Source: an uncultured Pelagibacteraceae bacterium
Lineage (GTDB): Bacteria; Pseudomonadota; Alphaproteobacteria; Pelagibacterales; Pelagibacteraceae
Assembly (NCBI GenBank): GCA_902528735.1
Contig: CABZTP010000004.1
Span: 5,204-69,203 of the forward strand
Length of the DNA stretch: 64,000 bases
Reading direction: 5' to 3'
The notes below the pieces were generated by a model that ran no database searches, was not told where the DNA came from, and was given only the letters and a program-made list of their open reading frames with translations. Shown in pieces: positions 10,355 to 19,559 of the stretch. The translations under genes were made by a program, and so were the position numbers. Position 1 is the stretch's first letter, and the number at the start of each line of letters is the position of its first letter.

Positions 10355-10422
10355 TGTATTATATTTTATTAGGAATTGTTTTAGGTTTGATTTTTTATCT
10401 ATCAGACAAATATCTGTTTTAA
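10354..10422 (+). CDS. Putative 22-aa single-TM small protein MYYILLGIVLGLIFYLSDKYLF
   Basis: Hand-translated. Start overlaps the livM stop (TAATG) and the stop abuts the terminator hairpin. Confidence 0.55.
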   Translation: MYYILLGIVLGLIFYLSDKYLF

Positions 10423-10449
10423 AACCCCAGTTAAAAACTGGGGTTTTAA
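10419..10449. terminator. Bidirectional intrinsic terminator
   Basis: TTAAAACCCCAGTT-AAA-AACTGGGGTTTTAA perfect inverted repeat between convergent genes. Confidence 0.9.
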
Positions 10450-10456
10450 TTTCGAT

Positions 10457-11647
10457 TTATCTTTGTTTTTTATCTTTGAATTTTCCGCCTTTTATCTCTT
10501 TTTCTATAAAAGATCCAAAAGATTCCCCAACATCAGTTAATTCAACTGCTGTTGCACCTTCATAATTGACTGCTTTGCCTTGAGCTAAAAGATCAAGTGC
10601 TTTCTTTAATTCACCAGGATATATTTTAGTGCCGGGTGCATTAGCAACTGACATTACATTTTTTTGTACAGTAGCCCTATCGGCTTTTCCACCGGCCTGC
10701 ATAGCTAGAGTAATTAATGCTGCTGCATCATAACTTTCGCCTGTATAAGGGCCTGAAGAATCTATTCCTCCTGCACTAGCAACTTCTTTAAAAATCCCAG
10801 CACCTTTACCCATTGATCCAGGTAGAGAACCAAAAGATTTATTTAAATCTTTACCAAATCTATCTGTAAGAGAGTCACCGATCATTCCATCAGATAAAAC
10901 AAATGTATCAAAAGCACCAGAATCAAGAGAACCTTGAATAATACTTCCACCTGCTTGATCCAAGTATCCTAAAACAGCTAAAGCATCTCCTCCCGCTGCT
11001 GCAAGAGTTGCAACTTCAGCACCGTAATCTGCTTTACCTTCTTCATGTGCTGTAACAGCTGTTACTTTTATTCCATGAGCTTTTACTGCTCCTACATAAA
11101 CATCGGCTAAACCTTTTCCATAATCATTATTTGTATGTGTTACTGCAATAGTTTTAACTTTTCTATCTTTTGTAATATCAGCTAAAACTTGTCCACCTCT
11201 AGCATCAGACGGAGCAGTTCTAAAAAAGTAACCATTATCACTTAAGTCAGTTAGTCCTGGGGATGTGGCAGATGGAGATATCATTACAACACCATTAGGT
11301 ACAGCAACATTAGTTGCAATTGCACCTGTAACACCAGAACAATCTGCTCCCATAATAGCGACCACACCGCCATCAATTAATCCTTGAGCTGCAGTAGTAG
11401 CTGCAGCAGAGTCAACACAAGTTGAGTCAGCTCTTTCTACAGATATTTTTTTTCCACCTAGTAACGATCCTGAATCTGAAGCTTCCTTAAAAGCAAGCTC
11501 TGCAGAAGCAGCCATCGCAGGTGTAAGAGTTTCTATCGGACCAGTAAATCCTAATATTACTCCCATTTTTATACCGTGACCATCTGAAAAAGCTTTTGAA
11601 GTAAAGCTTAAGACAAACACAAATATAGCAATAAATATTTTTTTCAT
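10457..11647 (-). CDS. livJ: Liv-type ABC substrate-binding protein
   Basis: Signal peptide, GADCSG, ISPSATSP, FFRTAPSD, NNDYGKG; strong SD AGGGAG. Confidence 0.92.
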   Translation of the reverse strand: MKKIFIAIFVFVLSFTSKAFSDGHGIKMGVILGFTGPIETLTPAMAASAELAFKEASDSGSLLGGKKISVERADSTCVDSAAATTAAQGLIDGGVVAIMGADCSGVTGAIATNVAVPNGVVMISPSATSPGLTDLSDNGYFFRTAPSDARGGQVLADITKDRKVKTIAVTHTNNDYGKGLADVYVGAVKAHGIKVTAVTAHEEGKADYGAEVATLAAAGGDALAVLGYLDQAGGSIIQGSLDSGAFDTFVLSDGMIGDSLTDRFGKDLNKSFGSLPGSMGKGAGIFKEVASAGGIDSSGPYTGESYDAAALITLAMQAGGKADRATVQKNVMSVANAPGTKIYPGELKKALDLLAQGKAVNYEGATAVELTDVGESFGSFIEKEIKGGKFKDKKQR

Positions 11648-11658
11648 ATTCTCCCTTT

Positions 11659-11729
11659 AATTGTTAACAATTTATATAATCAAAATTAAATCTCATTAAT
11701 TTTTTTTTTCAATGACAATTTTGACAATT
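11659..11729. promoter_or_regulatory. Candidate operator elements upstream of livJ
   Basis: Perfect 14-bp palindrome AATTGTTAACAATT (11659-11672) next to the SD, and tandem TGACAATT at 11713 and 11722. Confidence 0.35.
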
Positions 11730-11772
11730 AAATGAGGCTATATGTACGTATTTTTAATAAATTTAGTATTTT

Positions 11773-14700
11773 TTAAAATTTAAGAGAACCTGTCAAAACA
11801 AAGTCTGAATTATATTTATCTTGTTTGATATGTCCCAAATCATCGGTAACTACTGTTTTAAAACCAACCTTTATTGAATTTTCAAATTCTTTTACGTAGT
11901 TTATTGTTATATCTTTTTGTCTACCTGATGGACTTAAATTAATAGTGTGATCTTGATAAGGTATTATTCCATTTTTGTCAGACAAACCTATAAATCTAAA
12001 TTTCATGTCACCGCTTTCAATTCTATTAGGTTGGGATATAGAAAGTTTAAATTTATCCTTTCCGAAAATATTTTTTAATTCATAATCTATTTCAAAACTT
12101 GAGCTTAATACATCGGATGAGCCTATTACAAAATTGTCATTATTATTATTTAACTTTGATATTCCAGTAATGTTATTAAATGAAATTGAACTATTTTTAT
12201 TAATATCTTTACTCAGATTAATTCCATAAAAATTTGTTAAATTGTTATTTTTAAAACCAAAAGCCCCACTAGATTTTGATAGAAGAAAACTTTCTTTTTC
12301 TTTCATCATTCCTGCTGTCAAAGATAATTTATTAAAATTTTTATTATTAATGTTAAAGGATAAAGCCATAGTCTCGATTGGTAAAATAAGATCTTTATTT
12401 ATATTTGTTAAAGGGTTGTTAATTGAATTATTATAACTAATTAATAAGTCATTTCCTGATAAATAAATTTTTTGGTTCAATCCTATACCATTATTTTCAG
12501 TCATGAATGGATTAATATAAAAATTATTTTTTGGTTGACTATTTTGAATCGCTAAGTTTGGAGCATCTAGAGTTATAATTGTACCATAACCATAATTATT
12601 TTTTATATTTATAAACTCCCCTTCATATACATTTTGTGAAAGTTTATTTTTGAATTTATTTTTCCTTAGATTTTCTAATTCTTCATTTATCGAAATTTGT
12701 ATTTTTTGACTTTGTTTATTTTCAGTATTTACAAAATCTGAAAGATTTAATTTGAAACCACCATGCAGCGCATCATAAGCATATGTAAATTTATTTTCTA
12801 AACCCCTTGATATAGCATTACCCATCGATGAAGATGATGAGAATGATGTTACTGATACAGGATACTTTTTCAATTGTGAAAAGGGTATTTGTCCTCCGCC
12901 ACTTCCTCCGCCACCACCACCACTTCCACCACCACCACCAAACGAAAGTGGGTTTAAGCTAGTTGTTACAGGTGATAGTGCAGAATATAAATCAGGAACT
13001 CCATGGCCCCAAGTATCATTATAACCATGTTTAATTGATGCTCCATGTATAGTGAAAGTGGTGTTACCACTTGGGGTAAACCAGGCATTATTTGCAGATG
13101 CTAAAAGTCTATCTGTCAATTGTTCTGGTGTGTGATTTGGAAATGCTTGTGCTAGTAGAGCTATCATGCCCGATACTTGTGGAGCACCCATTGAAGAGCC
13201 ACCTATTGAATTATAAATACTTGAGCCATTTGAATCTACATATCCAGCTGCTGCAATATCTTTATCGTCAACCACTAAGCACCATTCTTTTGCGGCACCA
13301 CATGGATTTCCCAATCTATTAAAATCAGAAGTTGATGCTCCCGATAAAGATGTACCTGTAAATTCTGCATACATTACCGAAAGCCATGCATCTGACAGGT
13401 CAACTGCATCATCTGTTCCATTGAAATAAGCTGGCAGAGCGGCTAAAAAACTAACGTCACTATCAGCAGAGTAGTTAGAGCTAGCCCAAACTATTACACC
13501 ATTATTTTGAAAATTATCCCAAGCATTAATTAAAGTAGATGTGTGCGTACCAAAATGACTAGTGAAACTATTTTCTAGTTGTTCTCTAATATTTCTTCCA
13601 TTATTGGAGGCGTCTGTTTCTAATTCACTCCAAGTCGAAGCACTTGTATATGAACTACCATTCCAACCATCTGAGTACCCCCAACTGTTATTAGCAGCAA
13701 TTGCTGAATGAGTTGTTCGTGCAGTATCATAATCACTGGCCATGCTTGTGCCATTATCATTAAAAGTTGAAAAAACTATATCAACATCTGGAGCGACGCC
13801 ATGTGTAGTTCCTCCAACTACTCCAGATATAATACTTGCAACATGTGTTCCATGTTGAACTGAATTATTACTTACCGCAGGAGAATCTAACATTGTAACA
13901 GTTTTACCTGAAAAAGATGCATGGTTATTGTGCATTGCATCGTCAACAACATAAACTGTTTGTCCATCGCCTAAAAGTGATGTTCCGCTAGATGAAAAAG
14001 AATGAACTTTGTGTAAATTAAATAATTCATAAGGATGAACATTATTTGATGACTGATCAACAGTTGTCCAGGATGATCTATTTTTTATAGTATTTTGATC
14101 GCTTACAGAACCCTCTGTATATGCTGTTGTATTACATTTTAAAACATAATCATAAATCGTAATTGTAGTTTGCGTATTGCCTGTTGTCGAAACATCGGAG
14201 GTACTTGCGGTCAGAATAACTGTTTCAGAAGTCTCACTCGTTGTATCATTTACAGGAGTTAAAGTTATGGATGCTGATGTTGATCCAGATACAATTGTTG
14301 ATGAAGTTGCGGATAAATTATAATCAGTCCCTGAAGTTGCAGTTCCAGCAGTACTATAACTAATACTTACATTTGAAGAATGAGCTTTAGTTAATGACCC
14401 CGTTATTGTAATTGCCGAGTCACACTCGCCGATACTGCTAGATGAGACTGAAAAAGACAGTGTTGCTGGACTTGGAGAACTACTTCCGCCACCTCCACCA
14501 CCTCCACCACCAGCAAGAGCTGCTGCTCCTACGACAGCCAAAACACCAGCTTGCGATCCTAGTATTCCTGCATTAATAGGGGTTTTAGGTGTTACATATG
14601 TACTTAATATAATTGGATTAAATGTATTATAAACATTTAAGAGTAATTCTTGCCTCTTAAATTCAGACATATAATCTGTCCATTCAGCAAGGTAATTTAT

Positions 14701-15171
14701 ATCTTCAGTTAATGCATATATGTCTTTTGGATTACTCTTTATATGCTTGTTAAGCTTACTGAAATCTTTGTCGTTAAGAGTAAAGTTTTTACCCTCATTA
14801 TAGTTATTAGAAAATACAGTAGGTTTATTGAAAATACTTTCTTCTTGTGCAATTTTCTCTAAATCTGGATTGACGATTTCATTAAATATTTCTTTAAAAC
14901 TCTTTTTTTTTTTAACAATTTCTTTATTAGGAAGGTTTAAATCTACAATATCGTTTATAATGCCAGTTTTGTTTTCAATTACTTTTAAAGTTTCATCGTC
15001 TATATTAATACCTTGATCTGAGAAACATTTTTTTAACTTACTTTTATAATCAACAAATGAACTGTAATTTTTTATACATTTATCAAGATCGGAATAGTTT
15101 TTAAAAGTTGTAGAATTAGCAAAGCTAAATTTTGATAACAGAAGTATAATTGAAATAATAGCTATTCTCAT
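11773..15171 (-). CDS. Secreted S8 (subtilisin-like) serine protease with Calx-beta-like domain and probable C-terminal beta-barrel
   Basis: Triad motifs VVDD, HGTHVASII and GSSMGAPQVSG. Calx-beta-like TAGTATSGTDY...NDTTSETSETVILT, signal peptide, poly-Gly linkers, terminal Phe. Confidence 0.88.
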   Translation of the reverse strand: MRIAIISIILLLSKFSFANSTTFKNYSDLDKCIKNYSSFVDYKSKLKKCFSDQGINIDDETLKVIENKTGIINDIVDLNLPNKEIVKKKKSFKEIFNEIVNPDLEKIAQEESIFNKPTVFSNNYNEGKNFTLNDKDFSKLNKHIKSNPKDIYALTEDINYLAEWTDYMSEFKRQELLLNVYNTFNPIILSTYVTPKTPINAGILGSQAGVLAVVGAAALAGGGGGGGGGSSSPSPATLSFSVSSSSIGECDSAITITGSLTKAHSSNVSISYSTAGTATSGTDYNLSATSSTIVSGSTSASITLTPVNDTTSETSETVILTASTSDVSTTGNTQTTITIYDYVLKCNTTAYTEGSVSDQNTIKNRSSWTTVDQSSNNVHPYELFNLHKVHSFSSSGTSLLGDGQTVYVVDDAMHNNHASFSGKTVTMLDSPAVSNNSVQHGTHVASIISGVVGGTTHGVAPDVDIVFSTFNDNGTSMASDYDTARTTHSAIAANNSWGYSDGWNGSSYTSASTWSELETDASNNGRNIREQLENSFTSHFGTHTSTLINAWDNFQNNGVIVWASSNYSADSDVSFLAALPAYFNGTDDAVDLSDAWLSVMYAEFTGTSLSGASTSDFNRLGNPCGAAKEWCLVVDDKDIAAAGYVDSNGSSIYNSIGGSSMGAPQVSGMIALLAQAFPNHTPEQLTDRLLASANNAWFTPSGNTTFTIHGASIKHGYNDTWGHGVPDLYSALSPVTTSLNPLSFGGGGGSGGGGGGSGGGQIPFSQLKKYPVSVTSFSSSSSMGNAISRGLENKFTYAYDALHGGFKLNLSDFVNTENKQSQKIQISINEELENLRKNKFKNKLSQNVYEGEFINIKNNYGYGTIITLDAPNLAIQNSQPKNNFYINPFMTENNGIGLNQKIYLSGNDLLISYNNSINNPLTNINKDLILPIETMALSFNINNKNFNKLSLTAGMMKEKESFLLSKSSGAFGFKNNNLTNFYGINLSKDINKNSSISFNNITGISKLNNNNDNFVIGSSDVLSSSFEIDYELKNIFGKDKFKLSISQPNRIESGDMKFRFIGLSDKNGIIPYQDHTINLSPSGRQKDITINYVKEFENSIKVGFKTVVTDDLGHIKQDKYNSDFVLTGSLKF
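12892..12939 (-). repeat. Gly/Ser low-complexity linker (GGGGGSGGGGGGSGGG) in subtilase
   Basis: (ACC/TCC/GCC)n run on the + strand. A second Gly9 run lies at 14485-14511. Confidence 0.9.
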
Positions 15172-15180
15172 TTTGGTTAT

Positions 15181-16128
15181 CTATCGATTAGGTGTATCGG
15201 TCGCTATCATTTGATTTCTTATTCTTTCTCTGAAGTAAATATAAACTCCTGCAGCAATAATGATTGTTGCACCAATTAATGTTCTTGGAACAGGCACGCT
15301 CTCAAATAAAATATAGCCAGCTATCATCGCAAAAATTATATAAGAATACTCAAATAATGAAATAATAGAAGGTGACGCAATGCTATAAGCTGAAAAAACA
15401 CAAAAAAAAGAGATAGATGCAACCACTCCCATTACAAATACGTATGGCCATGATACCATAGGATTTGTAAACCATTCACGAAATATAAATTGAAGAGTTG
15501 GATCTGAAAAATTATTAAATTGACCATTTCCACTAACTACGAATATTACAACACTGGCTAAAGTTGCAAAAATATAAAGTAAAGTCATTTGAGTATAAAT
15601 ATTATCTTTATCTGATGTGTATTTAGTGATCGTCATAGAACATGCATAACATAAAGCGCAACCTACTGGTGCTAGCTTAAAAAAATTGAAATCTTCTATT
15701 GTAGGATTTAGTACAATCAATACACCTATGAAACCTACTATAATTGCACTCCATCTTCTTATTCCAATTTGTTCTTTTAAAAAAAATTTTGCAAACATAG
15801 ACATAAAAAAAGGGCATGAGAAAAATAATGCACTTACCATAGCAAGAGACATAAATGTTAAAGAAATATAAAAAAAAGCAAATCCAAAAAAGAAACAAAC
15901 AACTCTTAACAATGTTAAAAAAGGATAATGCGTTTTAAGTGTAAATTTTTTTTTAGTTATTAAAAAAAAGGAAATAAGAATTGTAGCCTGAATAAGAGTT
16001 CTGCCCAAATATAACTCAAATAACGCAATATCTTCAAAGATAAATTTTATTAGAGAGTCTTGAATGGAAAAAAATGCCATTCCAGTCATAATAAATAGTA
16101 TACCTCTTGTATTATCATTCGATTGCAT
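15181..16128 (-). CDS. DMT/EamA-family transporter
   Basis: About 10 TM, FFLKEQIGIRRW, FEYSYIIF. Confidence 0.9.
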   Translation of the reverse strand: MQSNDNTRGILFIMTGMAFFSIQDSLIKFIFEDIALFELYLGRTLIQATILISFFLITKKKFTLKTHYPFLTLLRVVCFFFGFAFFYISLTFMSLAMVSALFFSCPFFMSMFAKFFLKEQIGIRRWSAIIVGFIGVLIVLNPTIEDFNFFKLAPVGCALCYACSMTITKYTSDKDNIYTQMTLLYIFATLASVVIFVVSGNGQFNNFSDPTLQFIFREWFTNPMVSWPYVFVMGVVASISFFCVFSAYSIASPSIISLFEYSYIIFAMIAGYILFESVPVPRTLIGATIIIAAGVYIYFRERIRNQMIATDTPNR

Positions 16129-16190
16129 ATGGCACCTATATCAAAAAAACTTTAACCTTCATAATTAATAAGATACTCTTGAAATTATTT

Positions 16191-16667
16191 ATGGGAGATT
16201 TTAAACCAATTCCTGGTAGCTGTATTTGTGGAGAAATTGTCTATATTATTAAATCTAAGCCTTTATTTACACATGCTTGTCATTGTAAAGATTGTAAAAA
16301 AATAACTGGATCATCTTTTGTTGTTAATACAAGTATTTTTGAAGATTCATTAGATATCAAAGGTGAACTTTTAGAAAAAAAGTTAATAGGGGGTAGTGGA
16401 AAAAGTTGCAAGGTTTACTTTTGCAAAAAGTGTGGTGTATACATTTATTCTGACTATGAATTTGCTGTTAAAAGGATAAGTATCAGAACAAATACTTTGT
16501 CTAATCCAGAATCTTTTCCGCCACAAGCGCATATATTCGTAAGAAGTAAAGATCCATGGATAAATATTGTAAACAAAGATATTTGCTATGATGAAATGTA
16601 TGATCCTAAAATTGCTTGGCCTAAAGAAAGTTTAGATAGATATAAAAAATATCTTGAAACTAATTAA
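16191..16667 (+). CDS. GFA/CENP-V (Mss4-like) Zn protein
   Basis: GSCICG, CHCKDC, FCKKCG. Start refined to ATG 16191. Confidence 0.88.
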   Translation: MGDFKPIPGSCICGEIVYIIKSKPLFTHACHCKDCKKITGSSFVVNTSIFEDSLDIKGELLEKKLIGGSGKSCKVYFCKKCGVYIYSDYEFAVKRISIRTNTLSNPESFPPQAHIFVRSKDPWINIVNKDICYDEMYDPKIAWPKESLDRYKKYLETN

Positions 16668-18240
16668 GGATAAAATCAGCCGCTCTTTCGCCTATCATTA
16701 AAGTTGGTGCATTTAAATTACCGCTTGTGATCTCTGGCATAACAGAAGCATCTGCAACTCTTAAATTTTCCAAACCATGAACTTTCAATTTTTCATCAAC
16801 TACCGCCATTTTGTCCACACCCATTTTTAATGTACAGGATGGATGATAAGCTGTTTCGGCTTTTGATCTAATATACTCGATAATATGTTCATCATCAGTT
16901 GCACTTTCACCTGGACCTATCTCTTTTCCGGCGTAAGGTTTCATCGAATCTTGACTCAAAATCTTTCTAGCTACACGAACACACTTAATTGTTTCTTTTA
17001 AATCATATTCATCTTCTAAATAATTAAATTGAATTTTTGGATAATCGTATGGATTGGAACTATTTAATTTAATATGTCCTCTACTTTTAGGTTGGTTCAA
17101 ACTTGCATGTAATTGATAACCATGTCTATCAGGATCAACTAATCCATGATCGATTACAAATGCTGGAAAAAAATGAAATTGAATGTTCGGATAGCTTTTG
17201 TCTTCTGAGGATTTGCAAAAACCACCTGCTTCTAAAAATGAAGTAGAACATGGACCACTTTTTGAAAGAAACCATTGAATACCAATTTTAAGCATATTTA
17301 TTTTGTTAACATAAGAATATAATGTATCCTTAGTCTTACATTCTTGCTGAATATAAGTTTCCAAATGATCTTGTAAATTTTGACCTACACCTTCTAGAGA
17401 GTGTACAACTTTTATTCCTTTATCTTTTAAATCTTTTTCAGGTCCTATACCTGATAACATCAATAGTTGTGGTGAATTGATCGAACCCCCACTTAAAACA
17501 ATTTCTTTATTTGCATAAACTTTTGTGACTTTATTTTTTATATTTACTACTAATCCAACTGCTTTTTTTCCCTCAAAAATAATCTTTTCAACAAAAGAAT
17601 TAGTAAAGACTTTTAAATTTTTCCTTTTTTTTGCTGGTTCTAGATAATATTTAGAAGCACTTGCTCTTTGACCTTTATGAATTGTAATGTCATACATTCC
17701 AAATCCCTCTTGATCTTCTCCGTTCATGTCATTATTTTTTTTATAACCAGCTTCAACAGATGCATTAATGAAAGAACTGAATAAAGGATTTTGGTTTTTG
17801 GATTGATTGACTGGTAAAATTCCTTTTCCACCTCTAAATTCATTTTCTCCCTCAGACCATGTTTCAATTTTTTTAAAAAAAGGCAAAACGTTTTCGTAAG
17901 ACCATGAATTTAAACCAAATGATGCCCATCTCTCATAATCATTTTTATTTCCTCGTACATAAACCATTCCATTATGAGCAGAGCATCCACCTACCATTTT
18001 ACCTCTTGGGCAAAATAATCTTCTATTATTTAAATTAGGTTCAGGTTCTGAATAATATTTATAATTATATTTTGGATCGTGCATGGCGTATAAAATTGCT
18101 AGTGGCATATTTACTTTCCAAATATCACTTGATCCTCCAGCTTCAAATAAGGCTACACTAAATTTTCCATTTTCACTTAATCTATTTGCGAGAACACATC
18201 CTGCTGTGCCAGCTCCAATTATAATATAATCAAATTTCAC
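16660..18240 (-). CDS. betA: GMC oxidoreductase, choline dehydrogenase/oxidase-like
   Basis: GAGTAG FAD motif, GQNLQDHLE, AYHPSCT, GNLNAP; GTG start. Confidence 0.8.
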   Translation of the reverse strand: MKFDYIIIGAGTAGCVLANRLSENGKFSVALFEAGGSSDIWKVNMPLAILYAMHDPKYNYKYYSEPEPNLNNRRLFCPRGKMVGGCSAHNGMVYVRGNKNDYERWASFGLNSWSYENVLPFFKKIETWSEGENEFRGGKGILPVNQSKNQNPLFSSFINASVEAGYKKNNDMNGEDQEGFGMYDITIHKGQRASASKYYLEPAKKRKNLKVFTNSFVEKIIFEGKKAVGLVVNIKNKVTKVYANKEIVLSGGSINSPQLLMLSGIGPEKDLKDKGIKVVHSLEGVGQNLQDHLETYIQQECKTKDTLYSYVNKINMLKIGIQWFLSKSGPCSTSFLEAGGFCKSSEDKSYPNIQFHFFPAFVIDHGLVDPDRHGYQLHASLNQPKSRGHIKLNSSNPYDYPKIQFNYLEDEYDLKETIKCVRVARKILSQDSMKPYAGKEIGPGESATDDEHIIEYIRSKAETAYHPSCTLKMGVDKMAVVDEKLKVHGLENLRVADASVMPEITSGNLNAPTLMIGERAADFILN

Positions 18241-18260
18241 TAAATTTCTTGTTTAGATTG

Positions 18261-19088
18261 TTAAGAAGGTCTTTCACCTTCGATTGCTATTCTGTCCATT
18301 ATCCTTTCATGACCCAAACCTCTTCCTGGAAAGAAATCAGTCAATCCTTGATGCAATGTGCATCTGTTGTCCCACAGTGCTACAGCATTTTCTGTCCATT
18401 TAAATCTACATGTAAAGTCTAATCTTTCTTGATGGAGAAATATTTCTTTCAAAATTTCATTACTTTCGTTCTTTTCAATTCCAATAATTTTTTTTGTATA
18501 CATTGAATTTACATATAAAATTTTTTTCCCAGTTTCTGGATGTGTTCTTACTATTGGATGAGAATTAGAATATTCATCGAGATTTCCATTACCCTCCATT
18601 TCTTCGTATTTATCTACAAAAGCTGAAGCACCTAGAGAGCTATGCATTGCTTTCTTTCCATTAACTTTCTTTTTTATATCAACATCTAACGTTTCGTATG
18701 CAAGCTGCATATTCGAAAACATCGTATCACCGCCCACAGGAGGAATTTTTCTAGATCTTAAAATTATGACCTTTGTCGGATTAGTATTATAGCTAACATC
18801 AGTATGCCAAGTTTCTCCCCACTGATGTTTTTCGCTTGCACCTTTCTTAATTCTGAGAATTTCTGGATATTCATCTAAACCTTTTACATAAACATGTTTT
18901 TCTAAAGGTCCAAATCTTTTAGCTAAGTTTATTTGTTCTATTGGAGAAATATTTTGATCTCGAAAAAATAATACTTTGTGTTCTAGCATTAGTTCATTTA
19001 TTTGTTTCCAATTTTCTGGTGATGAGTCTTTTAAACTAATCCCTTTTATTTCAGCACCTAATGCTCCTGCTATTAATTCAACTTGCAT
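18261..19088 (-). CDS. TauD/AtsK-type Fe/2-oxoglutarate dioxygenase
   Basis: WHTDVSY, GGDTMF, HPIVRTHPETG, WDNRCTLH, RIMDR. Confidence 0.9.
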   Translation of the reverse strand: MQVELIAGALGAEIKGISLKDSSPENWKQINELMLEHKVLFFRDQNISPIEQINLAKRFGPLEKHVYVKGLDEYPEILRIKKGASEKHQWGETWHTDVSYNTNPTKVIILRSRKIPPVGGDTMFSNMQLAYETLDVDIKKKVNGKKAMHSSLGASAFVDKYEEMEGNGNLDEYSNSHPIVRTHPETGKKILYVNSMYTKKIIGIEKNESNEILKEIFLHQERLDFTCRFKWTENAVALWDNRCTLHQGLTDFFPGRGLGHERIMDRIAIEGERPS

Positions 19089-19089
19089 A

Positions 19090-19557
19090 CTATTTTTTTA
19101 GTTTTTCCTTAAACATTAAGTTTTCAATTTTAAAGTCTACTTTATTTTTATCAATAAATTCATCCATAATTTTAACTTTTTCATCTTCAAATTCAGTCAC
19201 TTTTCTTTTATCTAAATCTATATAAAGAGATAAATTTTCCATTGTTGACGACAGTTTTTTTGTTTTTTTTTCATACATTTCACATTTTAAATGTAGTCTT
19301 TTTTTATCATGGTCAAAATAGGAAACATACACTTCAACTTCATCTCCTTCTTTTACTTCACTGTCATAGGTTGTTCTTGTTTCAACAACCATTGTAGTTC
19401 TTTTGCTTTCTTCAGCATTTTCACCACCCATTTGGAATTTATTCAAAATATTCTCCCAAGCTTGGTCAAAAATTAATACGTAATAGGCCATGTTCATATG
19501 GCCATTATAATCTATCCATTCTTTAATAATTTTCCTTGTATCAATATGTACTGACAT
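19090..19557 (-). CDS. cdhB: Hotdog thioesterase, betainyl-CoA thioesterase (CdhB)-like
   Basis: EWIDYNGHMNMAYY and DKKRLH resemble the thioesterase associated with carnitine dehydrogenase; context agrees. Confidence 0.72.
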   Translation of the reverse strand: MSVHIDTRKIIKEWIDYNGHMNMAYYVLIFDQAWENILNKFQMGGENAEESKRTTMVVETRTTYDSEVKEGDEVEVYVSYFDHDKKRLHLKCEMYEKKTKKLSSTMENLSLYIDLDKRKVTEFEDEKVKIMDEFIDKNKVDFKIENLMFKEKLKK

Positions 19558-19559
19558 TT

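Noticed and set aside
12892-14511. (CCA)n-like runs as contingency repeats or CRISPR
   Set aside because: They are in-frame Gly linkers with mixed codons and no spacer structure.
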